A program made the translations under genes and the position numbers. From positions 1 through 34,273 of the IMG/VR virus record IMGVR_UViG_3300036546_000386: a stretch of 34,273 nt of DNA. One strand, written 5' to 3'. The notes beneath the pieces are model-generated. The model was not told where the DNA came from. It did no database searches and worked only from the letters and a program-made list of their open reading frames with translations. This document shows, piece after piece, positions 8,883 to 17,423 of this stretch. Origin of the DNA: a virus. Its lineage: Duplodnaviria > Caudoviricetes. The stretch's first letter is position 1. The number at the start of each line of letters is the position of its first letter.

Positions 8883-8912
8883 AACAGCTTACGAGCTGTT
8901 TTATTGAGATTA
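8853..8912 (+). repeat. 60-bp direct repeat copy B (contains hairpin copy 4, 8872-8912)
   Basis: matches 7738-7797 with compensatory changes in stem. Confidence 0.9.
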
Positions 8913-8927
8913 TTTGAAAGGTAAGAG

Positions 8928-9263
8928 ATGATTGATTTTAAAGAATTTAATAAAGATGAGTTAATAGTTGCAGCAGAGAAGCTATTAGAATTTAATATGT
9001 TGCCAAGCATGGAAGAGCATATAAGTAGAATACTTAATAATATGAAGTTTAATAGGCTAACAGATGCACGAAACAACTTGGCTATAAAATTAAAGAAAAA
9101 ACTAGAAGAGCGAAAAACTAGACAAAGAGGTATTGATATCTCAAAACTATACAAAGCTTTTGATACTGCTGATAAGCAAAGAGAAGTACAGCTTGAGAAA
9201 CTTCTAGAGTTAAAAATGATATCTCAAGAAGATTTTAATAACTTATCTACAAAGGGCAAATAA
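8928..9263 (+). CDS. hypothetical protein
   Basis: RBS, TAATG coupling. Confidence 0.75.
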   Translation: MIDFKEFNKDELIVAAEKLLEFNMLPSMEEHISRILNNMKFNRLTDARNNLAIKLKKKLEERKTRQRGIDISKLYKAFDTADKQREVQLEKLLELKMISQEDFNNLSTKGK

Positions 9264-9553
9264 TGTTAAACCCAAATACAGGTGATGCAAAGATGGATGA
9301 AGCTTATCAAAAGATGTTTATTTACACAAGTGGTTTTGATAGCTTTGAGCAGTTTTATAACTACTTTTTAAAGCAAGTTACTACTGATGATAAAGATTAT
9401 TTAAATAAGTGGCTTTTGAAGGTGTTATATGTACAGATGAAACAAACTAAAAAACACAAGTTTGATGAGCTGCTTGAGAAAGTATCGCTTGAGAATAAAG
9501 CTCAGCTTGAGTCATGGCTTGATAGTAAATTAAAAGAAATAAGAGGTGTGTAA
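9263..9553 (+). CDS. hypothetical protein
   Basis: TAATG coupling both ends. Confidence 0.75.
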   Translation: MLNPNTGDAKMDEAYQKMFIYTSGFDSFEQFYNYFLKQVTTDDKDYLNKWLLKVLYVQMKQTKKHKFDELLEKVSLENKAQLESWLDSKLKEIRGV

Positions 9554-10458
9554 TGATATTTGAATTTGAAAAGATGGCTTTAACTCCAAAAGATTTGGAT
9601 TGTGAAGAGACACAATTTTATATAAAAGATTTTTTAGTTAGTGAAGCTATTACCATGATATATGGTCCACCCTCTCAAGGTAAGACTTGGTTTATGTTAG
9701 GAATAAGTAAACTCTTGTCGGCTACTGTAAGTAAGATTTTCTATGTAGATTTTGATAATCCAAAACGACAACTCAAAGAGAGGGGTGTTCAATGGTTGAT
9801 TGAAAACTATACAAACATTAAGTACTTTACTAAGGGTGGATTAAAAGTAACGAGTACAGAGTTTTTAAAAGAACTAAAAAACAATGCTTTTGGAAGAAAC
9901 TATAAAGATTGTACATTTATTTTTGATAGTACAGGAGACTTTGTTGATAATATTCATAATGATACTCAAGCAAAAGCTTTTATGGAAACTATGAAAGATA
10001 TTAGAGATGCTGGAGGTACTGTTTTATTAATTCATCATGCTACTAAGAATGGAAAGGTTATAGACGGAAGTGGTGAATTTGCAAAGAGTGCAGATAATAT
10101 ATACGAATTTAAACAAAAAGCTAAAATAGGAAGTCAGTTACAATGGAACTTAAAAGTTGAGAATGACAGAGATGCTATTTGTGACTGTGGGTTTAGTGTA
10201 GATACAGATACTTTAACATTAAAAGAAATGGATCCTTTGCTTTCTTCTATGAATGACTATGAAGAGGAGTTTGTAAAAAAAGCAACTGAAGGATTGAAAA
10301 AGAATCCAAGCGGACTTGGAGAAACTGAACTTCTAGCTTATATCGGACATCCCAAAACAGATAAAACTGCACGAGCTGTTTTAGAAAAATTTGTGGATAA
10401 GTTTTGGTTAATGACTCAAGAGAAAAAAGGTCGACCAAAAACTTATAACTTAAAATAG
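9553..10458 (+). CDS. RecA-fold AAA_25/RepA-like ATPase (putative helicase)
   Basis: Walker A GPPSQGKT, YVDFDN, FIFDS, LLIHHATK, GSG motifs. Confidence 0.85.
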   Translation: MIFEFEKMALTPKDLDCEETQFYIKDFLVSEAITMIYGPPSQGKTWFMLGISKLLSATVSKIFYVDFDNPKRQLKERGVQWLIENYTNIKYFTKGGLKVTSTEFLKELKNNAFGRNYKDCTFIFDSTGDFVDNIHNDTQAKAFMETMKDIRDAGGTVLLIHHATKNGKVIDGSGEFAKSADNIYEFKQKAKIGSQLQWNLKVENDRDAICDCGFSVDTDTLTLKEMDPLLSSMNDYEEEFVKKATEGLKKNPSGLGETELLAYIGHPKTDKTARAVLEKFVDKFWLMTQEKKGRPKTYNLK

Positions 10459-10459
10459 C

Positions 10460-10535
10460 TACAACCATTACAACCATTACAACTACTATATAGTAGTCCT
10501 ATGATAAAGGGGTTGTTTAGGTTGTAATGGTTGTA
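10460..10535. repeat. iteron-like array: 3 direct + 3 inverted TACAACC-type repeats with internal palindrome
   Basis: TACAACCAT x2, TACAACTAC; GGTTGTT, GGTTGTA, GGTTGTA at 9-nt period; ACTACTATATAGTAGT palindrome 10482-10497. Confidence 0.85.
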
Positions 10536-10690
10536 TGCAAATCTCAATTAATCCATATTTTCAATAACTCAATTATAAAAAATAAAATCTTCCATAGGGT
10601 TTTATTCATATCTCATCCTTTTTTTTTAGAATTTTATGCGAATTTTGGATTCATAAAAAGGGGGGGGTAATTTTTTAAGAAAGGTAAATC

Positions 10691-11080
10691 ATGACAGCAG
10701 CACAAGAAAAATATAAAAAGAGTTTGATACAAAAGATACAAGTATCAAAAGGAAATGTATTTGCAGATGACGAAGATAGGAAGGCTTTTATGCTTTCACG
10801 CTTTGGAGTTGATAGCACAACTAAAATGACCATAGACCAGCTTAAGCTTTTATGTGACTTTTGTAATAGAAAGGTGAGTGAGATACCTGTTGCAAAAGCA
10901 AGTGAAGCACAGCTATATAAACTTTCAAAACTATGGGGTGAAAAAGCTAGAGATAAAAGTTTTATAGCCTTTCTAAGTTTTATAAATAAGATAACTAGCT
11001 TAAAGGTAGAAACTGCAAAACAACTAACTAAATATGAAGCTCAAAAGGTAATCATAGCCTTAGAAAACATGAAACCCTAA
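10691..11080 (+). CDS. gemA: Mu GemA/gp16 (DUF1018) regulatory protein
   Basis: LIQKIQ...DDEDRKAFM..RFGVDSTTKMTIDQL, LTKYEAQKVIIALE; adjacent to mor. Confidence 0.85.
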   Translation: MTAAQEKYKKSLIQKIQVSKGNVFADDEDRKAFMLSRFGVDSTTKMTIDQLKLLCDFCNRKVSEIPVAKASEAQLYKLSKLWGEKARDKSFIAFLSFINKITSLKVETAKQLTKYEAQKVIIALENMKP

Positions 11081-11210
11081 CACCTAACCCTTAGGTAAAG
11101 CCACGACTCTACTCATGGCTAAAACATCACAAAATGACATCAAAATATAAAAATATTGCAAAATGAAATTTTATTTGTTATACTTTCATAAGATTTTTGA
11201 AAGGATAGCT

Positions 11211-11492
11211 ATGAGCGTAACAATTACCAACTTTGATTTGTTTGAAGAGTTTTTTAATTATATTAAAAACCCTGATGTAGATATCAATGCTGCTATCAAA
11301 GAGTATGGTGGCTCTAGCTTTTATATACCTTCATATAAAACTACTCTTCGAAACAATGATATTATTAAATACTATCGGGAACATTATGGTGAGGTTGGAG
11401 TGGTAAAGTATCTAGCTAAAGAATATGACCTAACTGAGAGACAGATTTATGATATAACTAAAGAAGTCAGAGAGACTTCTAGTTTATTTTAA
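11211..11492 (+). CDS. mor: Mor/C-family transcription activator
   Basis: YGGSSFYIP, RNNDI, LAKEYDLTERQIYDI; start after AAGGA; TGTTATACT upstream. Confidence 0.88.
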   Translation: MSVTITNFDLFEEFFNYIKNPDVDINAAIKEYGGSSFYIPSYKTTLRNNDIIKYYREHYGEVGVVKYLAKEYDLTERQIYDITKEVRETSSLF

Positions 11493-11963
11493 AACTTCTT
11501 GAATATAATCTTCCGCTATCTCTTCAAGCTCCTTAATTGTTTCCTCATAAATAGTACCATCTTTATGAATAGGAAAAATTGGTCTAGCTTTGATTGTTAT
11601 TCCTCTTCCCCAAGCATTATTTGTACCAAATTGATGTGTTAGTGGATATTCAAATCCATCTTCTGAAACAACATTTAAACCCACTATTGCTTCATCACTA
11701 CTACTTTGTTGCATAAGGGAATCTTGCATATCACCACTATCTCTAAGTATTTTATTTGGATTTTTATCATCTTTTCTATATTGAATGGGATCCCATGAAA
11801 TACCATCTGGACTTTCTTCTTTTTCAAATGATTCATCAGATATTGCATAGAGATGGTTAGCAAGTTCTGCCATAAGTGGGGCTGTGTCTTCACCTTTTTT
11901 TCTAAGTGTGGACAAGATTTCTTGAACTTTTTCTAATCCTTTTGCTTCAATAATTACTTGCAT
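11484..11963 (-). CDS. virion morphogenesis protein (Mu gpG / tail completion S family)
   Basis: F..EESPDG..W, ILRDSG.MQDS, THQFG, IKARPIFP. Confidence 0.9.
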   Translation of the reverse strand: MQVIIEAKGLEKVQEILSTLRKKGEDTAPLMAELANHLYAISDESFEKEESPDGISWDPIQYRKDDKNPNKILRDSGDMQDSLMQQSSSDEAIVGLNVVSEDGFEYPLTHQFGTNNAWGRGITIKARPIFPIHKDGTIYEETIKELEEIAEDYIQEVLK

Positions 11964-11977
11964 TTATTTTTCCTATT

Positions 11978-11986
11978 TGGTATAAT
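11978..11986 (+). promoter_or_regulatory. extended -10 promoter antisense to head operon
   Basis: TGGTATAAT (TGnTATAAT consensus). Confidence 0.6.
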
Positions 11987-11992
11987 TTGTTT

Positions 11993-12072
11993 ACATAAGA
12001 GAAATGGGACTACAGATAATGGCATGTCGGCTCTGCCCTGCAAACTGTAGCCTTAATCCGACTCTCTTTTGT
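11993..12072. ncRNA. candidate structured (pseudoknotted) small RNA
   Basis: nested stems ACATAAGAGA/TCTCTTTTGT, CTACAG/CTGTAG, GGCA/TGCC; loop GTCGG complementary to CCGAC. Confidence 0.5.
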
Positions 12073-13219
12073 AAATCAATTTTTCAACTCTTCTTTTTTC
12101 TACTTGAGTACCATTATCTAAATAATATGCAGTTACACCTTGAGTTTTATCTTTTAAGTATTCAAATACAACCATAATAGCTCTTTTTTTCCCATTGTCA
12201 TTTATGTATCTAAACATCTTTTTATATAGAGAATTTTCTTTAGTTAAATTGCCTTTTTTAAATTCTAAATATATCTCATCTGGATCTTTTATTGTTTTTG
12301 CGATTTCATCTAAGTACAGGTGTCTATCTCTTTTTTTAATTTTTGTATGTCCCTTAGCTGATGAAAATAAATTGTCATCTATGTTCATAGGGTCATTTAC
12401 TTTATCTATAAAAATTTCACCTTCTTTAATTCCCATAGTTTTATAGAACCTATTTTTTAATTCTTCTTCACTCATATTTTTAAGTTCTTCTTTTTTTATA
12501 CTATTTATTAAAGTTAATGATGAGAGTGAAGCATCTAAATTTAAATTACTTATTATTCCAAGTTTTGAAACTTTACCGACATGGTATGCCCAATCTTTAG
12601 AAGCTACATTTGTTGTTGGTCGTTGTGAAACTTTCAAGCCTCTTTTTTTCATCCATTTTTCACTCACGGCTCTTGTTTTGCAATAACATGGTCCATGACC
12701 ATTTATAGGATAATTTGTATCCCACCAAATATCATCTCTTGGTAGAATTGTTCCATGTGCTGCTGCATGTTCATCTCTTGTAGTTTCAAGTAAAGCTGAA
12801 ACATATTGTAAATAAGTCGAGTTTGGTAATTTCATTTGCTCTTCATACCTAGCTTTTGCGTAAGCAACTTGCATATTTGTTTTGTATATTCTTCTTAATC
12901 GATGAGAATCTACTTTAATAGTTTTGATTTCTCCTGTCTTTGGGTTGGTTATATCTTGTTCTCCCCACCAGCCTTTTTTTTGTAAAGTAGGCTTAATCTC
13001 TTTTTCAAACTGTTTATATGTTTTTCCATTTTTCATGGCATCTTCAATTGCATTTTGCATATCATGCAGTAAATCCAATCTTGTAATTTTTGCTACAGTA
13101 AATGCTCTGTCATGTGCTTGTTTTTCTATTTCAAAGTAATCGAAGCTTAGCTTATAACCTTTGTTTCTAAGGTATTCAATTGCTTTTTTAGGAACTAGAT
13201 TAAAGTTGAATTTAACCAT
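12053..13219 (-). CDS. Mu gpF minor head protein with C-terminal PBECR2-like nuclease domain
   Basis: AFTVAKI, GWWG, RL..IY.TN, H...HG...DDIWW..NYP.NG...C.C; C-terminus R.LYL..I..TIKDPDEIY...GVTAY...RR...IYKR. Confidence 0.88.
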   Translation of the reverse strand: MVKFNFNLVPKKAIEYLRNKGYKLSFDYFEIEKQAHDRAFTVAKITRLDLLHDMQNAIEDAMKNGKTYKQFEKEIKPTLQKKGWWGEQDITNPKTGEIKTIKVDSHRLRRIYKTNMQVAYAKARYEEQMKLPNSTYLQYVSALLETTRDEHAAAHGTILPRDDIWWDTNYPINGHGPCYCKTRAVSEKWMKKRGLKVSQRPTTNVASKDWAYHVGKVSKLGIISNLNLDASLSSLTLINSIKKEELKNMSEEELKNRFYKTMGIKEGEIFIDKVNDPMNIDDNLFSSAKGHTKIKKRDRHLYLDEIAKTIKDPDEIYLEFKKGNLTKENSLYKKMFRYINDNGKKRAIMVVFEYLKDKTQGVTAYYLDNGTQVEKRRVEKLIYKRESD

Positions 13220-14606
13220 TTGGATTCTCTTCTTCTATTTGAGCTCTAGCTAGAATATCACTATTTGCAATATTTTGAAAAAGTATATCTTCTAAATCTT
13301 TTGTATTAATATTTGGATAACTTTCTAAGAGCTTTTCTTGTAGTTCTTCGTAGCTTGTACACTCTTCAACTATCTTTAATATTTGCTCTTGAAATGTAAA
13401 CGGCTTACTTAAATCTATTAAATTACTTTGATATGCTAACTCATCTTGAGGTAGAGTTTTTGAAAAGCTCATCTTTGAGTTTGGGATTACAGCTTTCTCT
13501 TTTGGTTTTACTTTTACATTGTAAGTTTTTTCGATGTATTCAGTTTTTAACTCAAAGCCCATATCATATATAACTTTATCTCTATCTACTAAATCTTTGT
13601 TTGGGTCATCTATATCTTTTAGTTTACCTGTAATATCTATATCAAGGTTATTTAGCTCTTTAAAGTTTTTGATAACTTCTTTGATGATTTTGTTTACTAT
13701 ATTTTCATCTGCTTTGGCTAAATCTTCTCTAATATCATTGTGTACAGTTGCAGCTGCTTGTGAGCCACCTTTTACATTACTTGTAAGATTTCCTCCAAGG
13801 ATTACTTGTCTTATTTGGTCATCTATGTATTCAATGATCTCTTTGAAGTTTGCTTTGTCTTGGATAGTTTTAATATCAAGTGAATCTTCTGTATCAAGTA
13901 CTGCTCCATCACCACCTAGCATATTATAAATCTCATCTGCTAAATCGTCTTTGTTACCTTCAGTTTTTCCAATAACCCATGGAGTACCAAATCTCTCAAG
14001 AAGCTCCACCCAAAACTGTAAAGAGGCATTTTTAAACTCTATTAACCAAAACAGTGGGAAATATATAGCTTGTCCATAGGGTTTATTATGTTTGGCTTTG
14101 TATGTGGCATGAATAGCTTTATATGGTGCTATATCTTCTGCCATACCACTACCTACATATTTTAAAACATCTTTATGCAGTTGAAACTCTTTGTAGTCTC
14201 TTTCCACTAATCTTGGATAAAAGTATCCATCAGCTTTTTCAAACCAGTTCTTTTCAAATACTGAAAAGCCTTGATATGGTGTATCTAAAATAGAGTCTAA
14301 TGTGTCATAGTCAAAGATAGCTTCTAAGTTCTCTTTGATATCTTCATCTTCACAAGCAATATAAATCTCTTTTTTTAGAGTTGCTGCTTTTCTACTTCCT
14401 ATACTTGAGGTTACTGTTGAGTCTCTATTGATTTTGTCTATTTCATCATCATCTAACCACTCAGGACTTACAGGAAGAGAGAAAAGACTTGTTAAGATAT
14501 CTCTTTGATTTGAAGTAAGTCTTACTTTCTCTCTTTTGTCTTTATTATTACCTTTACTATTTGCTATAGGTGTATCTTTTTTGAATGGATTTTTAAAATT
14601 TATCAT
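13212..14606 (-). CDS. portal protein (Mu gp29/DUF935)
   Basis: W.ELLERFGTP, ILGGNLTS, GSQAAATVH..IREDL..AD. Confidence 0.9.
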   Translation of the reverse strand: MINFKNPFKKDTPIANSKGNNKDKREKVRLTSNQRDILTSLFSLPVSPEWLDDDEIDKINRDSTVTSSIGSRKAATLKKEIYIACEDEDIKENLEAIFDYDTLDSILDTPYQGFSVFEKNWFEKADGYFYPRLVERDYKEFQLHKDVLKYVGSGMAEDIAPYKAIHATYKAKHNKPYGQAIYFPLFWLIEFKNASLQFWVELLERFGTPWVIGKTEGNKDDLADEIYNMLGGDGAVLDTEDSLDIKTIQDKANFKEIIEYIDDQIRQVILGGNLTSNVKGGSQAAATVHNDIREDLAKADENIVNKIIKEVIKNFKELNNLDIDITGKLKDIDDPNKDLVDRDKVIYDMGFELKTEYIEKTYNVKVKPKEKAVIPNSKMSFSKTLPQDELAYQSNLIDLSKPFTFQEQILKIVEECTSYEELQEKLLESYPNINTKDLEDILFQNIANSDILARAQIEEENPNG

Positions 14607-16339
14607 CTTCTACCTCTTGTATTTCTTTTTGCTCTTTGGTGTCGTTTAGCTCCACCTCTTGTATTGCTTCTTTTTCCACTACCTTGGGCATCTCTTTTTA
14701 ATCTTTTTTGACGACTAAGTTTATAAATAGTAGATAAGGGGTCATGTAAATCGTCATGTTCTGCTTCAGGGAAGTCATCCATTTGGTTAAATAACTCAGG
14801 ATGCTCTCCAACAAACACAATATCTCCATCATCAATAGGAAACTCCAACTCTCCCATACGGTCTTCTTTATTTTCAGTCCAATGTATAAAACGCATCAAA
14901 GGTATGTTTACAGTTCCATCGTTAAAACAGGCATCTTTTATCCAATCTCTTAGCATATAAAAACCACCATTTTTATCCCCACTTAGGACATCGGGCTTTA
15001 TGGTTTTTAAGAGTTTAATTACCTCTGTAACTACAGGCTTACCTTTTATTCTTGCTTGTTTAGAGTAAAAGATATAAAGCTTTTGGTCTGCATAACATAA
15101 ACCTCCAGCTAAGAATCCACAAAAGTCACCTTCATCTGAGTCACCTTTTGCATCTACGATTAGAAACTTCTTATCTAGCTTTGGCATTTGGGTATGTGAT
15201 ATCTTTTTAAATTTGCTTGAGTCAAACTTTTGGTTTTCACTATTTGGGTTGTTTTGTTGCTCTTTCTGAAAGGCTTTATTATTCTTAGCTCTTTTTTGCA
15301 TAAGAAACTCTAGTTTTACTGAGTCCCATAAAAGCTTTGCACCTTCATCCATCAAGGCTTTGTTTTCAAGATAATAGTTTCTTGCTGGTTCTACTCCCTC
15401 GTATTTGTATATCTTGGTGTACTCTTCCCACATATGCATATTGGTTGGATATGAAATAAGAGCACGAAAAGTTATTGGATGCCAAAACTTTAGCTTGAGC
15501 TTTCTAGCTAGAACTGAGTCTCTATGTAAAATAGTACCTATGTATAAAATATCCATAGAGCCATCAACACTTCCTAGGTTTTCGATAGCTTCATCAAGCC
15601 ACTCTTCTAGCTTGTCTCTTTGTTTTCTACTTTTTACATTTGTGTCATTTTCTAAATCATCTATGATAGATAAGTCGGGTCTATAAACACCATGCTTCAC
15701 ACCCCTTACTCTTTTTCCTGAACCATAAGCTTTGATTTTGATATTATTCTTAGTAACTATTTCGCCTATCTTCCATACTTTACCAATACCTGTTGCTTCA
15801 GGGAAGTCTGCTTTTAATCTTTCGTTTTCTTCTAGTTCTGCTTTGATAGCTTCCACCAAAGTTTCTGCTAACTCAATAGCATCTGAAAAGATAGTAATAA
15901 AATGCTTGAGGTTATTTACAATACACCAAATAGGAAAAGCCAAAGATACATCGGTACTCTTACCAAATCCTCTTGGAGCTGCTATTGCAAAGCTTAAACC
16001 CATAGGTTTATATTTATCTATGATTTTGTAATAAACTTCTTCTAGCTCTTCTTGTAGAACTGACTTGCCACCCATAGTGTAATAGTGAGGGAAGTAAGTA
16101 TTTCTAAAAACATGAAAGTCTTTAGCTTGGTCTTGTATTCTTTTATCTTTTAGTTTTGGGTCTAAAACATAAGTTTGTTTTATCTGCTCTTTTAAACCAA
16201 AAGAAAAATCACTAACCCATGATTTATACTCTTTTCTTGTGAGCTTTAAGGCTCCTAGTTTAGTTCTTCCATTGTCAAGAGCTGTTTGGTAAGTATCATC
16301 TAAGAGGGCTTGAAGCTCATGTTTATCAAATAGAGACAT
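14603..16339 (-). CDS. terL: terminase large subunit
   Basis: APRGFGKST Walker A, RPDLSIIDDLEND, IGTILH, FQKEQQNNP, FP..EHDD..D. Confidence 0.93.
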   Translation of the reverse strand: MSLFDKHELQALLDDTYQTALDNGRTKLGALKLTRKEYKSWVSDFSFGLKEQIKQTYVLDPKLKDKRIQDQAKDFHVFRNTYFPHYYTMGGKSVLQEELEEVYYKIIDKYKPMGLSFAIAAPRGFGKSTDVSLAFPIWCIVNNLKHFITIFSDAIELAETLVEAIKAELEENERLKADFPEATGIGKVWKIGEIVTKNNIKIKAYGSGKRVRGVKHGVYRPDLSIIDDLENDTNVKSRKQRDKLEEWLDEAIENLGSVDGSMDILYIGTILHRDSVLARKLKLKFWHPITFRALISYPTNMHMWEEYTKIYKYEGVEPARNYYLENKALMDEGAKLLWDSVKLEFLMQKRAKNNKAFQKEQQNNPNSENQKFDSSKFKKISHTQMPKLDKKFLIVDAKGDSDEGDFCGFLAGGLCYADQKLYIFYSKQARIKGKPVVTEVIKLLKTIKPDVLSGDKNGGFYMLRDWIKDACFNDGTVNIPLMRFIHWTENKEDRMGELEFPIDDGDIVFVGEHPELFNQMDDFPEAEHDDLHDPLSTIYKLSRQKRLKRDAQGSGKRSNTRGGAKRHQRAKRNTRGRR

Positions 16340-16832
16340 CTGCTAACTCATCTTGAATAGTATCTATAATGTTTATTACTATTTCCATATTTTTAGCATC
16401 TAAGCCCTCTTTTAAAGCTAAAAGAATAGTTTTAGTGGTGTGTTTGATTAGAGCATATTTGTAAGCTTCAGGGTCTTCTGCAGCTGCTACTTTTCTCATC
16501 TTTGAAAAGCTATCTCCTAAAGATACTATTAACTGTGCTTTTTGTGCTGGAGATGTTTTTTCATCTTCTCTTATTTCTTTAAGTGTTTCAAACATATAGC
16601 CTGTAAACATAGAGTACATATTTTCTTTGGTCTCACTTGAAGCACCTATTTTTTTAGCAGCTCTTAAAGTAAGCCAATCAAAACCTAAGGCTTTATCTTT
16701 ACTTTGATAATTAGAAATAGTCTTTTCACTTACATCTAACGTCTCAGCTATTTGAGCAAAAGATTGGTTTGCATCTACAGAGAGACTTCGTGCTAAGATT
16801 CTGTTTCTGTCTGCATTAGATAATTTACTCAT
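16326..16832 (-). CDS. DUF1804-family HTH protein (putative terminase small subunit)
   Basis: N-terminal HTH, G.DW..LR, L.DSFSKM; directly upstream of terL. Confidence 0.75.
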   Translation of the reverse strand: MSKLSNADRNRILARSLSVDANQSFAQIAETLDVSEKTISNYQSKDKALGFDWLTLRAAKKIGASSETKENMYSMFTGYMFETLKEIREDEKTSPAQKAQLIVSLGDSFSKMRKVAAAEDPEAYKYALIKHTTKTILLALKEGLDAKNMEIVINIIDTIQDELADVSI

Positions 16833-17248
16833 CTAAAACCTTTAGTATTTACTCTTCTTCTATCTTGATGTCTAAAAGCAAAAAATTTATTTTCACTTGG
16901 AACTGAAGCTGTTTGATTGTTGATAATTTCAGTTTTAAGTCTGCCATTGCTCATTTTGTTTAGGTAGCTTTCATTTTCTTTTTTTAACTCTTTGTCTGCA
17001 TCACTTACAAGACTATTTTTTCTTTTTAGTTCATAGATAGTTAGGTCAACTGTAATTTTTTTTAAAAGTGGTGTTGGGTTTGCTGGTAAGATTATAAAAG
17101 ATTCAATGAAAGAGATTGCATCATTAAGTGCATCATTAATTACTTCTTGGTTTATATCTCTTGTACCATTTATATCTGATAGCTCTAGTAATTGTGTATC
17201 GCTTATCTCTTTTAGTAAATCTTCATTATTTATCACTTTTTCCTCCAA
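16829..17248 (-). CDS. Mu gp36-like (DUF1320) head-tail connector
   Basis: L.ELSD, ALNDAISFI, LP..P.PLLK.I..DL.IY.L. Confidence 0.8.
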   Translation of the reverse strand: MEEKVINNEDLLKEISDTQLLELSDINGTRDINQEVINDALNDAISFIESFIILPANPTPLLKKITVDLTIYELKRKNSLVSDADKELKKENESYLNKMSNGRLKTEIINNQTASVPSENKFFAFRHQDRRRVNTKGFR

Positions 17249-17290
17249 TTATGCCTTTGGCATATAATTTACGGTTCCAAATCTATAAAA

Positions 17291-17304
17291 GTGAAGCAGT
17301 TCAC
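17291..17304. promoter_or_regulatory. GTGAA-N4-TTCAC palindrome, putative activator site
   Basis: AAAAGTGAAgcagTTCACTTTT; same core at 20180. Confidence 0.55.
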
Positions 17305-17395
17305 TTTTACTTAACGCTTTTCACCTTTGTATTGGCGTTTAAAACCCGTTTAAAAACCCTTTTAATCTTTTCTTCGATAGATTTATCGAATTGGT

Positions 17396-17423
17396 AAATA
17401 AAAGCCCCTAGAGGCTTTTATTT
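17396..17423 (-). terminator. intrinsic terminator after major capsid gene
   Basis: AAATAAAAGCC...GGCTTTTATTT hairpin. Confidence 0.75.

Noticed and set aside
301-8912. CRISPR array interpretation of the repeated hairpins
   Set aside because: Copies are 1-5 kb apart, separated by genes, with no cas genes
11993-12072. Assignment to a known ribozyme class (hammerhead, twister, pistol, HDV)
   Set aside because: Conserved catalytic core sequences not recognisable by eye; left unassigned pending Rfam search
17249-17422. Mu-gpT-DE RNA motif downstream of capsid gene
   Set aside because: Region is explained by a terminator, phased repeats and a promoter box; a match to that motif cannot be supported without a covariance search
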